Part shown: positions 9,646 through 17,276 of the stretch, piece after piece
Position numbering within the stretch: the first letter of the stretch is position 1
Layout of the letters: each line of letters begins with the position of its first letter
DNA from: an uncultured Clostridia bacterium
Lineage (GTDB): Bacteria; Bacillota; Clostridia; Christensenellales; UBA3700
Direction: 5' to 3'
Length of the DNA: 64,000 bases
Assembly: GCA_945872615.1 (NCBI GenBank)
Contig: CAMBZZ010000004.1
Coordinates: 16,814-80,813 of the forward strand
Made by a program: the position numbers and the translations under genes
Notes under the pieces: generated by a model
The model's input: only the letters and a program-made list of their open reading frames with translations
What the model was told of the DNA's origin: nothing
Databases searched by the model: none

Positions 9646-9674
9646 AATATATCACCCTTTGGCTTTTTTGTCAA
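9646..9674 (-). promoter_or_regulatory. sigma-A promoter of rnpB (TTGACA-N17-TATATT)
   Basis: Minus strand reads TTGACAaaaaagccaaagggtgaTATATTgataacGGAGATA. It starts 14 nt after the sigK stop. Confidence 0.65.
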
Positions 9675-9687
9675 ACGAGCGAGTTGT

Positions 9688-10392
9688 TTAGGAAAAAGAT
9701 ATTTTGTTGGAGTACATATAATTCCTAAGTTTCTTCAATGCTTTGGTCTCTATCCTCGACACGTAGGAGCGTGATATATTAAACTTTTTGGCAATCTCGC
9801 GTTGAGTGAGTTGCTCTACGTCGTTGAGCCCGTATCTGAGACATATTATTTGATATTCTCTCTCGTCAAGTTGGTCTTTGACGATGTTTTGCAGCTTTTC
9901 TTTGATAATATCAGCTTCTACCTTACCTACCAAACTCTCTTCGTCAAGGCTTAGCAAGTCGATGAGCAAAACTTCGTTGCCGTCCTTGTCAAAGCTTACC
10001 GGCTCGTAGAGCGACCTATTGGCTTTTAGCTTTTTGGTGCTTCGCAGCATCATCAAAATTTCGTTTTCGATACATTTGCTAGCGTAGGTTGCAAAGCGCG
10101 TGCCCTTGCCTTTGCTGTAAGTATTGACGGCTTTTACAAGTCCGATAGAGCCAACCGAGATAAGTTCGTCGTTGTCGTTGCACCCCGCGTACTTCTTGGC
10201 TACGTGAGCAATGAGACGCATATTGTGTTTGACTAGTTCTTCTTTTGCTCTATTATCTCCAGCCCACATTCTCTCTAACAATTCCTTCTCGGTCTTTTCG
10301 TCGAGCGGCATGGCAAAAGAGTTTTGTCTGTCGATATAACCCGTAAACAATAATACGTTACTAAACAACGCAAACAAAGCACTCAACAACAT
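9688..10392 (-). CDS. sigK: sporulation sigma factor SigK (pro-sigma-K), uninterrupted
   Basis: It has a hydrophobic pro-sequence followed by NSFAMPLDEKTEKELLERMWAGDNRAKEELVKHNMRLIAHVAKKY. Further motifs are [20 protein letters not shown] and SRSYVSRIETKAL. The ORF track start at 10425 is TTG. The ATG at 10392 has AAGGAG upstream. Confidence 0.85.
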   Translation of the reverse strand: MLLSALFALFSNVLLFTGYIDRQNSFAMPLDEKTEKELLERMWAGDNRAKEELVKHNMRLIAHVAKKYAGCNDNDELISVGSIGLVKAVNTYSKGKGTRFATYASKCIENEILMMLRSTKKLKANRSLYEPVSFDKDGNEVLLIDLLSLDEESLVGKVEADIIKEKLQNIVKDQLDEREYQIICLRYGLNDVEQLTQREIAKKFNISRSYVSRIETKALKKLRNYMYSNKISFS

Positions 10393-10470
10393 AAAAATCT
10401 CCTTGCAACATACTATTCCCGCCAAGATGGTTTTATAAGCAAACTTGTCGAAAAATGCAAAATAAATAAT

Positions 10471-10492
10471 AAAAAAACCGCCCGAAGGCGGT
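10471..10492 (-). terminator. rho-independent terminator downstream of nrdR
   Basis: Minus strand reads ACCGCC-ttcg-GGCGGT followed by T7. Confidence 0.85.
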
Positions 10493-10515
10493 CGTATCGA
10501 GTAAATGTATAGCGG

Positions 10516-10974
10516 TTATTTTTTGGTTTTGAGCACTTCTTGAATTTCACTTAGCCAGCTGTTGATGTCCTTGAATTGTCTATATATAGCGGCAAATCTC
10601 ACGTAAGCAACGTCATCGAGCTCTTTTAGCCCTTCCATAACGTACTCGCCAATCTGCGAAGTGGTTACTTCGCCGTCAAAATTGTTATGAATTTTCATCT
10701 CTATATCATTGACGAGTTTGTCTATATCGCTCATAGATACCGGGCGTTTTTCACACGCTTTGACAATACCTTGCTTGACTTTGGCAGTTGAAAATTGTTG
10801 TCTGCAACCCGACTTTTTGACTACCATGATAGGTGTAGTCTCAACGGTCTCATAGGTAGTATATCTTTTGCCACAACCAAGGCACTCTCTGCGTCTTCTG
10901 ATAGACGTTCCGTCGTCGCTTACACGGCTATCGATAACCTTGTCGTCAAGACAACCACAATAAATGCACTTCAT
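10516..10974 (-). CDS. nrdR: transcriptional repressor NrdR
   Basis: MKCIYCGCLDDKVIDSR zinc ribbon plus an ATP-cone domain. ORF track start trimmed to the ATG at 10974, which has GGAGAG upstream. Confidence 0.93.
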   Translation of the reverse strand: MKCIYCGCLDDKVIDSRVSDDGTSIRRRRECLGCGKRYTTYETVETTPIMVVKKSGCRQQFSTAKVKQGIVKACEKRPVSMSDIDKLVNDIEMKIHNNFDGEVTTSQIGEYVMEGLKELDDVAYVRFAAIYRQFKDINSWLSEIQEVLKTKK

Positions 10975-10999
10975 ATTGCTCTCCAATTCTTTTTTTATC

Positions 11000-11028
11000 A
11001 TTTTAGCACAAAACGATAAAATTGTCCA
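11000..11028 (-). promoter_or_regulatory. candidate sigma-A promoter for nrdR (TGGACA-N17-TGcTAAAAT)
   Basis: Minus strand reads TGGACAattttatcgttttgtgcTAAAAT, with an extended -10. Confidence 0.45.
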
Positions 11029-11032
11029 TATT

Positions 11033-11051
11033 TTGTCTAATATTTAGACAA
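11033..11051. promoter_or_regulatory. inverted repeat TTGTCTAA-tat-TTAGACAA abutting the nrdR -35 (unknown operator)
   Basis: Perfect 8-bp arms with a 3-bp spacer, 4 bp upstream of the proposed -35. Confidence 0.3.
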
Positions 11052-11106
11052 ACACAGAGATGATAAGCGCAAACGTTTAAGAAAATAAGATTACATACAG
11101 CGTTGG

Positions 11107-11174
11107 TGCAATTCATGCCTTTATGCAATTCATGCAATTTGTTGCAATCACGCTTGGCAAGAAGCAATTCATAA
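11107..11174. repeat. cluster of direct GCAAT(T/C) repeats, including two exact TGCAATTCATGC copies
   Basis: TGCAATTCATGC at 11107-11118 and 11124-11135. GCAATT at 11134, TGCAATCA at 11143, GCAATTCATAA at 11164. Confidence 0.6.
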
Positions 11175-11184
11175 TCTATTTATC

Positions 11185-11306
11185 CAAACGCCGAAGATGC
11201 GACCAAGACACGAAAAGCGGTGATTTTATCGAAACGAGCGTACTTGCCGTACGTGAGTGAGAAAATTACCGCTTGACAAAGTATTGCAACGGATATTCGA
11301 CGTTTG
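11185..11306. repeat. palindromic interspersed repeat, copy A (about 122 nt, MITE/REP-like)
   Basis: The termini CAAACGCCGAA ... TTCGACGTTTG are imperfect inverted repeats. The interior is self-complementary. Homologous copies lie at 44351-44567. Confidence 0.75.
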
Positions 11307-11309
11307 GGG

Positions 11310-11564
11310 TTAACATGGGGGCAGTCCATCATCAAGCTCCACCAAAATAGTATCCTCACCTATCTTGACTATACACTTCCAAGGAATGAATATACTATCG
11401 TTGCCGGAGACGCATTTGATGATTTTTTTGTCGCCGGGTACTACAAAGCCCGTGATATGACCGAGTTTGTTGAAACACATATCTATGAGCCTACCAAGTC
11501 GCTTGCCGTCGCAGACGTTGACAACCTCTCTATTTTTTAATTCACAAAACGATAATTCTCCCAA
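11310..11564 (-). CDS. ylmC: YlmC/YmxH family sporulation protein (PRC-barrel)
   Basis: 84 aa. ELKNREVVNVCDGKRLG ... IPWKCIVKIGEDTILVE matches the YlmC pattern. TTG start. Confidence 0.8.
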   Translation of the reverse strand: MGELSFCELKNREVVNVCDGKRLGRLIDMCFNKLGHITGFVVPGDKKIIKCVSGNDSIFIPWKCIVKIGEDTILVELDDGLPPC

Positions 11565-11593
11565 AATAAATCCCTCACACTATTGTATGAGGG
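11563..11593 (-). terminator. probable terminator downstream of sigG
   Basis: Minus strand reads CCCTCA-tacaatagtg-TGAGGG followed by ATTTATTTT. It overlaps the ylmC SD and start, so read-through is likely partial. Confidence 0.5.
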
Positions 11594-11609
11594 AGTAGGT
11601 TGCAATATG

Positions 11610-12377
11610 TTATTGGCACAATACTTTCATTTTTGACAAAGCGTTTTTTTCCAATCGACTAATCTGAGCTTGTGAAATACCCATACCTTGAGAAATCTCT
11701 ACTTGAGTTTTTCCACCGTAATATCTAAGCAATATTACTTGTCTTTCTTTGTCCGAGAGAGCCGATAGCGCGTTTTTGACGCAAAATTTATCAGTCCACA
11801 ACTCTTCCGATTGCGAGCTGTCTCCTATTTGGTCGATAATTGACATATTGTCCTCGCCGTCGTTGTAGACTTGTTCTTGCAAAGAAATTGTGTCACTTAC
11901 GGCATCGAGGGCACACACCACGTCTTTAAGCGGCACGTCAATCTCTTGCGCTACTTCCATAAGTGACGGAATACGCGCTTGATTGGTCTCGATGTTTTCT
12001 CTGGTCTTGAGTGCTTTGTAGGCAATATCTCTTAGAGAACGACTGACTTTGATACCGCTGCTTTCTTTGACGAATCGTCTAATTTCGCCTACCACCATCG
12101 GCACGGCGTAGGTAGAAAATCTCACGTTGTATTTGCTGTCGAAGCCGTCAATCGCCTTCATCAGTCCAACCATGCCTACTTGAAAAAGGTCGTCGCTCGG
12201 CGCCTTGTTGCCAAAGCGTTGTACTACCGACAAAACCAAGCGTATGTTGCCGAGTACGAACTTTTCTTTTGCTTTTTCGTCTCCTAATTTTGTTGCTTGC
12301 AATAGTCGCATACTCTCTTCGTTGCTAAGTTTTGGCAAAGACGAGGTATTGAGACCGCATATTTCTACTCTGTGCAT
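11610..12377 (-). CDS. sigG: sporulation sigma factor SigG
   Basis: 255 aa. VEICGLNTSSLPKL, NIRLVLSVVQRF, DLFQVGMVGLMKAIDGFD, RFSTYAVPMVVGEIRRF, IKVSRSLRDIAYKA. AAGGAGG SD. sigE-sigG synteny. Confidence 0.92.
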   Translation of the reverse strand: MHRVEICGLNTSSLPKLSNEESMRLLQATKLGDEKAKEKFVLGNIRLVLSVVQRFGNKAPSDDLFQVGMVGLMKAIDGFDSKYNVRFSTYAVPMVVGEIRRFVKESSGIKVSRSLRDIAYKALKTRENIETNQARIPSLMEVAQEIDVPLKDVVCALDAVSDTISLQEQVYNDGEDNMSIIDQIGDSSQSEELWTDKFCVKNALSALSDKERQVILLRYYGGKTQVEISQGMGISQAQISRLEKNALSKMKVLCQ

Positions 12378-12463
12378 ATTTCCTCCTTATGTAGAATCTC
12401 TTTATGCACAAAGTTTCTTCAAAAGCTATATTCGTATATAAATTTTGGGTAAAAACCAAAAAA

Positions 12464-13162
12464 CTATACCATTTTTGATATTTCTTTTTTGAGTTTTCCC
12501 ATAACTTTCTTTTCCAACCTAGATATGTACGACTGCGATATACCCATCATATCGGCAATTTCTTTTTGCGTCTTTTTTTGTGTCCCCAGTATGCCGAAGC
12601 GCATCTTGATAATTTGCCTTTCTCGCGGCGTAAGTACGTCGAGCGACTTGCGTAAAATATCTCTATCCGCTTCCTGATCCACGTTTTGAGATACGACGTC
12701 GCTATCCGTCCCGAGTACGTCGCTGAGCAAAAGCGTGTTGCCGTCCCAGTCAACGTTGAGAGGCTCGTCGAGAGACACGTCTCCTCTCGATTTGACAGTT
12801 TTGCGCAGATACATAAGAATTTCGTTTTCTATACATCTACTTGCGTACGTAGCCAGTTTGATTTGCTTGTCCATCTTAAAGCTATTGACGGCTTTGATAA
12901 GACCAATGGTGCCGACGGATATTAGGTCCTCTATATCTATGCCGGTATTATCGAACTTTTTGGCGATATAAATGACGAGCCTAAGATTGTGTTCGATAAG
13001 TTTTTTTCTTGCGTCTTCGTCGCCTTTCATCAGCTGTTCAACGGTTTTTATTTCGTCTTCGCTATCCAAAGGATTGGGTAATACCTCACCCGTTCCTATG
13101 TAATCCACGTGATTGTCCAAGCCGAAAATTCCAAGTACCCAATACAAAAATTTTTTGAGCAT
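12464..13162 (-). CDS. sigE: sporulation sigma factor SigE (pro-sigma-E)
   Basis: 232 aa. Pro-sequence, then [51 protein letters not shown] and [18 protein letters not shown]. It lies directly downstream of spoIIGA. AGGAGG SD. Confidence 0.93.
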   Translation of the reverse strand: MLKKFLYWVLGIFGLDNHVDYIGTGEVLPNPLDSEDEIKTVEQLMKGDEDARKKLIEHNLRLVIYIAKKFDNTGIDIEDLISVGTIGLIKAVNSFKMDKQIKLATYASRCIENEILMYLRKTVKSRGDVSLDEPLNVDWDGNTLLLSDVLGTDSDVVSQNVDQEADRDILRKSLDVLTPRERQIIKMRFGILGTQKKTQKEIADMMGISQSYISRLEKKVMGKLKKEISKMV

Positions 13163-13170
13163 AATTCCTC

Positions 13171-13938
13171 CTATATCTCGCTGTGCAGCAACATACCGTA
13201 TTCGCCGAGCGGCGTTTTGCTTACGCCGACGACTACGTTGCGATAACTTTTTCCGCTATCGAGCAAAATCATCTTGTCCAATTCTCTCAGTTCTATCTCG
13301 CATTTTCCGTTGACGGTATTGACTTTCATTGACATTTTATGTACTCTGTCACCGTTATATAACTGCTCATAGACGCTTCTATCCAACATCATTACGGGTC
13401 TATAATCGCGATAATACAGCCTATTGCCGCTATCCCAAAAAGCCGTCGTCATAACTTGGACGTCGCCTTTTATCAACATAACTTCGCATGAGAGATTCTT
13501 TTTGCGCCGAGCGAGCACGATATGTTTCCAAATAATTCTCGATGAGCACAATACAAACACCAATCCCATACCGACGAAAAGCGAAACGTAACCGCCGCTA
13601 TCGAATATCGACTTGCCGAATATGTACGCGCTTCCGATAGCCACGCCTCCCAGCAAAAACGTAATTGCAAAAAACACGGCAACGGCGGCAACGTAATGCG
13701 CCAAACTATTGTATTTTGCTCCTACGGCAACCATTACGAGAGCAAGAATAATTTTGATAATCCAAACGCCGTTCCATTCGATATATGGATATAGTATGGC
13801 AAAAACTGCGCCTATGAGCGACCCTAAAAATACTCTTCCAAAGCATACTTTGCACTTGACCAGCATATCGGTAAGAGCAAGAATAAAGCCTCCGATAAAA
13901 AGATTGACTAGCAAAATTACTTCTATGTACGCTTGCAT
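13171..13938 (-). CDS. spoIIGA: sigma-E processing peptidase SpoIIGA
   Basis: Polytopic N-terminal half plus a C-terminal aspartic-protease-like half ([10 protein letters not shown]). Start set at the ATG at 13938 ([14 protein letters not shown]) because the ftsZ terminator hairpin lies inside the longer TTG-started ORF. Confidence 0.85.
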   Translation of the reverse strand: MQAYIEVILLVNLFIGGFILALTDMLVKCKVCFGRVFLGSLIGAVFAILYPYIEWNGVWIIKIILALVMVAVGAKYNSLAHYVAAVAVFFAITFLLGGVAIGSAYIFGKSIFDSGGYVSLFVGMGLVFVLCSSRIIWKHIVLARRKKNLSCEVMLIKGDVQVMTTAFWDSGNRLYYRDYRPVMMLDRSVYEQLYNGDRVHKMSMKVNTVNGKCEIELRELDKMILLDSGKSYRNVVVGVSKTPLGEYGMLLHSEI

Positions 13939-13944
13939 AGACGC

Positions 13945-13950
13945 ATTATA
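13945..13950 (-). promoter_or_regulatory. TATAAT box 6 nt upstream of the spoIIGA ATG; no consensus -35
   Basis: Minus strand reads ggctgTATAATgcgtctATG, with no SD. The poor -35 would fit an activator-dependent (Spo0A-type) promoter, which is inference. Confidence 0.35.
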
Positions 13951-13963
13951 CAGCCAAACGCTC

Positions 13964-13994
13964 AAAAAAAACTTCCGTCCGTGTCGGACGGAAG
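13964..13994 (-). terminator. rho-independent terminator downstream of ftsZ
   Basis: Minus strand reads CTTCCGTCCG-aca-CGGACGGAAG followed by T8. Confidence 0.85.
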
Positions 13995-14025
13995 AATAAA
14001 ATTGTAGAAAAATGACCAAAATTTA

Positions 14026-15279
14026 TTAGTCGCGTTTTTGAAGTCTTCTCAAAAAGGAAGGACCTCTGAAGCCTCCGTTGTCGGGTTGTTCCCTTCTATT
14101 GTCGTCAATAGGTTGATTAGGTGCAACTGGTCTTGGCGGAATGTAAGTAGGCGTAGGAGGCGTATAAGTATTGTTGTCGTATCCCAAAGGCTTCGGAACG
14201 TAACTATCTTGCGCTTGTTCTATAGGCGTTTGAGGAGCTTGTTCCGCAAAGTACCTCCTTTGGAACTCCTCGTTGGATATAGAAGTCGTTCGCTTTGGAG
14301 CGCTTTCTTTTGGTTGTTGGCTTTCGGATTCAAAGCCCGTTGCAATGAGGGTTACTTGAATTTTGTCGCCCATATTCTCGTCAATATCTGCGCCGAAAAT
14401 AATGTTGGCGGTATCTCCGACTGCAACTTTTACTTGACTACAAGCCGTACTTACCTCGCTGAGTTTGAGCGAAGTGCCGCCTTTTACGTTGACGATAATA
14501 CCGCTCGCACCCGCTATGTTGGTGTCGAGAATAGGGCTCATTACCGCTTGTTTGACTGCATTTACAGCTTTGTCGGGACCTTCGGCAACGCCTATACCCA
14601 TATGTGCCATACCCTTCATCTTCATGATAGAACGCACGTCTGCAAAGTCAAGATTGATAAGTGCGGGTTTAACTATCAAGTCGCTGATTCCTTGTATTGC
14701 CTTGCGCAAAACCTCATCGGCTTCGATAAAAGAATCTAACATATTGGTATCCGGGCTGAGCACTTCGAGCAGTTTTTGATTAGGTACTACAAGCAACGTA
14801 TCAACGTAATTGCGAAGATTGTTGATGCCTTCCATTGCGTTTTTCATTCTGCGAGGGTTTTCGAATTCAAACGGGGTCGTCACTACTGCAACGGTCAAAA
14901 TACCCATCTCGTTGGCGATGCTGGCAATGACAGGAGACGCGCCTGTGCCCGTTCCTCCACCCATACCCGCGGTAATGAACAACATATCGACGCCTTCGAG
15001 TTCTTGTCTTATCAATTCTCTCGATTCGTCGGCTGCCTTAGCACCCACCTTCGGGTCTGCTCCCGCTCCGAAACCGTGAGTAAGTTTTTCGCCGATTTGT
15101 ATCGTCTTTTTTGCATTGGAGAGACGAAGAATCTGCTTATCCGTGTTGATAGAAACGAATTCAGCGCTCTGTATTCCTGCGTCAATCATTCTGTTGACGG
15201 CGTTGTTGCCACCGCCGCCCACACCGAATACTTTGATTTTGACAACGGAATTTTCGTAGGTGTACATAGAATTATCCAT
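14026..15279 (-). CDS. ftsZ: cell division protein FtsZ
   Basis: GVGGGGNNAVNRM and GMGGGTGTGASPV tubulin motifs. Long P/Q/Y-rich linker and terminal GPSFLRRL peptide. The ATG at 15279 has GGGAGG upstream; the ORF track start at 15303 is TTG. Confidence 0.96.
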   Translation of the reverse strand: MDNSMYTYENSVVKIKVFGVGGGGNNAVNRMIDAGIQSAEFVSINTDKQILRLSNAKKTIQIGEKLTHGFGAGADPKVGAKAADESRELIRQELEGVDMLFITAGMGGGTGTGASPVIASIANEMGILTVAVVTTPFEFENPRRMKNAMEGINNLRNYVDTLLVVPNQKLLEVLSPDTNMLDSFIEADEVLRKAIQGISDLIVKPALINLDFADVRSIMKMKGMAHMGIGVAEGPDKAVNAVKQAVMSPILDTNIAGASGIIVNVKGGTSLKLSEVSTACSQVKVAVGDTANIIFGADIDENMGDKIQVTLIATGFESESQQPKESAPKRTTSISNEEFQRRYFAEQAPQTPIEQAQDSYVPKPLGYDNNTYTPPTPTYIPPRPVAPNQPIDDNRREQPDNGGFRGPSFLRRLQKRD

Positions 15280-15295
15280 AAAACTAAACCTCCCT

Positions 15296-16438
15296 TCAAC
15301 CAAAGATTTTTTTCAAAATGCTTTGGGAATTATATATTTCCGACGCTACGTCCAGCATAGCGATAGTCGAAGAATATTTTGCTTGATTGTATTGCGGTAC
15401 GTCAGCCGTCAACACCTCGATATTGCGACCGATACACTTGTCCAGATAGCCGATTGCTCCTCTTATAGACGTAAGTGAGCCGCCCGTAAGATACAGAGGC
15501 GCATCGCTACTTAGCGGTTTGTCCATAACTTGGAGTTGACCGATTATCCAATCGGCAAAAGTTTTGAGCCTGTTGTAGACGATTTCGTTGACGTCGCGCA
15601 CACCGAAAACCAACCTTTCTCCACCCGACATAATAGTATATACGGCATCGTCGTCGGGGTCTTGATTGAGATTGATTTTTCCGAAAAAGTCGTATGCGTC
15701 GTCAAACTCGACGCCCATCGCGTACGCTAGGTCGTCGGCTATATTGCCTCCTCCCACGCCTATGGACGATAGATAACAGAGTCCTTCGCCTTTGACGTAG
15801 CCGAAAGACGCATTGACAAAACCCACGTCTACCAACACCGCGCCTTTGACCCGCTGGCTTTGAGGTATGAGTTGCCCCGCTATTGCGTGCATGCCACCCA
15901 CGTAATTGACTTTGGCAAAACCGCACACTCCCAACACTCCGTCCATCTTGTCGACGAAATCTTGTAGACAATACGTATAACTTAGATTGGCTCTAAGGCT
16001 GGTCGCGCGCTTGCCGATAGGCGAAAGCGTAGACTCGACGTTGTCTATTACGTAGTCGTTGGCTGAAGAATTGATGATAACGCAACGGCGGTCTTTGTTG
16101 AAAATATTCCCCTCTCGGTGCATATTGTCGACAATCTGTCTCGTTATCGTCTTTTCTTTGGCAAATACAGAATAAGTCGAATTGTTTTCTACCCTCAAAA
16201 AGTCGCTAGGAACGCCTACGAACACGGTATCCGACTTGCCGTCGTATCCGCTCTTGGCAATAACTTCCTTTACGTCGTCAACCAACCTTTCGGGCTCGAC
16301 GAATTGGCTGCCGTAATATCCGCTATATCTCAGGTCGGCAAAATTTTTGATTACAAACACTCCGCTCGAAGTCTTATAACCAACCGCAAAAGTAAGTTTG
16401 CCCGAACCAATATCCAGTACGACCACGTTTCTATCCAT
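15296..16438 (-). CDS. ftsA: cell division protein FtsA (actin-like ATPase)
   Basis: 380 aa. VVLDIGSGKLTFAVG phosphate-1 motif, LTGGSLTSIRG. Directly upstream of ftsZ. C-terminal SILKKIFG amphipathic end. Confidence 0.85.
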   Translation of the reverse strand: MDRNVVVLDIGSGKLTFAVGYKTSSGVFVIKNFADLRYSGYYGSQFVEPERLVDDVKEVIAKSGYDGKSDTVFVGVPSDFLRVENNSTYSVFAKEKTITRQIVDNMHREGNIFNKDRRCVIINSSANDYVIDNVESTLSPIGKRATSLRANLSYTYCLQDFVDKMDGVLGVCGFAKVNYVGGMHAIAGQLIPQSQRVKGAVLVDVGFVNASFGYVKGEGLCYLSSIGVGGGNIADDLAYAMGVEFDDAYDFFGKINLNQDPDDDAVYTIMSGGERLVFGVRDVNEIVYNRLKTFADWIIGQLQVMDKPLSSDAPLYLTGGSLTSIRGAIGYLDKCIGRNIEVLTADVPQYNQAKYSSTIAMLDVASEIYNSQSILKKIFG

Positions 16439-16444
16439 AAAAGC

Positions 16445-16473
16445 ATTATATATTATTAAAAGATTTTAGTCAA
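16445..16473 (-). promoter_or_regulatory. sigma-A promoter TTGACT-N17-TATAAT placed 6 nt before the ftsA ATG (leaderless layout)
   Basis: Minus strand reads TTGACTaaaatcttttaataataTATAATgcttttATG. There is no SD. Confidence 0.65.
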
Positions 16474-16538
16474 GATTTTATAATAAAAAATGCACCGTCT
16501 ACAAAAGAGTACGATGCAAATCTATCGCAATCGACGCC

Positions 16539-17267
16539 TTACAAAGAATACGCGTGCCTAAATCCGCTATCGGACAAATAAATATATCCCGACGACTTTT
16601 GGGCGTCGTTAGCCGCATTGAGATAAAAATTGTAGCACTGCTTGAGTATCGTGCCGATATTATCGCTGGCGTTGAGCCTAAAAATAACCCCCGTATTGGT
16701 AGTCAAATCAACGTAACTTCCTCCAACTTGCATCGTCACGAAAAAGGCGCCGAATCTCGCTCCGACAAATGACACCTCTTCCGCCGCTCTAATCATCTTG
16801 ACCAACTTGTCATTGTCTAAAAAGCCTCCTAAGGCTACGTCTGTCAAGTCAATACCGCTCGTCACGCACAAAAACTTGTCGCCAATATCGCTGACGTCGT
16901 CGATGCGCTTGAGGTCTCTATCGAGTACTGCGTAACCTCCCTCGGTAGTCACGGCAAACAACCCCGTCCTTCCCGTAATATTGATGACGACTTTGTTAGG
17001 CGCTTTGCGCTCTATCATCACTACCTTTAGAGTGGGATTTTTGCTTTCGATATACTCGCTCGCCTTTTCTTCGCTAAGTGCAAAAATAGAAGAATACTTG
17101 GCAATCTGACTGTCGTTGACGATAGAGGCTTTTTGCTCGTCGGTCAATGTCAAATCGGAGGTCGTCTCCACTTGAACGTCGCCTATGATAAATATAACGC
17201 AAGACAAGACAACCAGCAGTACCACTACTGCTAGCGAGATAAAAATAATCGTCAATCTTTTGTTCAT
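16539..17267 (-). CDS. ftsQ: FtsQ/DivIB-type cell division protein (N-terminal TM, POTRA-like)
   Basis: 242 aa. A single N-terminal TM helix (LTIIFISLAVVVLLVVLSCVIFII), then an extracytoplasmic domain. Sits in the dcw cluster between murA and ftsA. Confidence 0.7.
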   Translation of the reverse strand: MNKRLTIIFISLAVVVLLVVLSCVIFIIGDVQVETTSDLTLTDEQKASIVNDSQIAKYSSIFALSEEKASEYIESKNPTLKVVMIERKAPNKVVINITGRTGLFAVTTEGGYAVLDRDLKRIDDVSDIGDKFLCVTSGIDLTDVALGGFLDNDKLVKMIRAAEEVSFVGARFGAFFVTMQVGGSYVDLTTNTGVIFRLNASDNIGTILKQCYNFYLNAANDAQKSSGYIYLSDSGFRHAYSL

Positions 17268-17276
17268 TTTAGACCT

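Noticed and set aside
13939-14019. N-terminal extension of spoIIGA (TTG at 14019)
   Set aside because: The extension contains the ftsZ rho-independent terminator hairpin and T8 tract. The conserved SpoIIGA N-terminus begins at the ATG at 13938.
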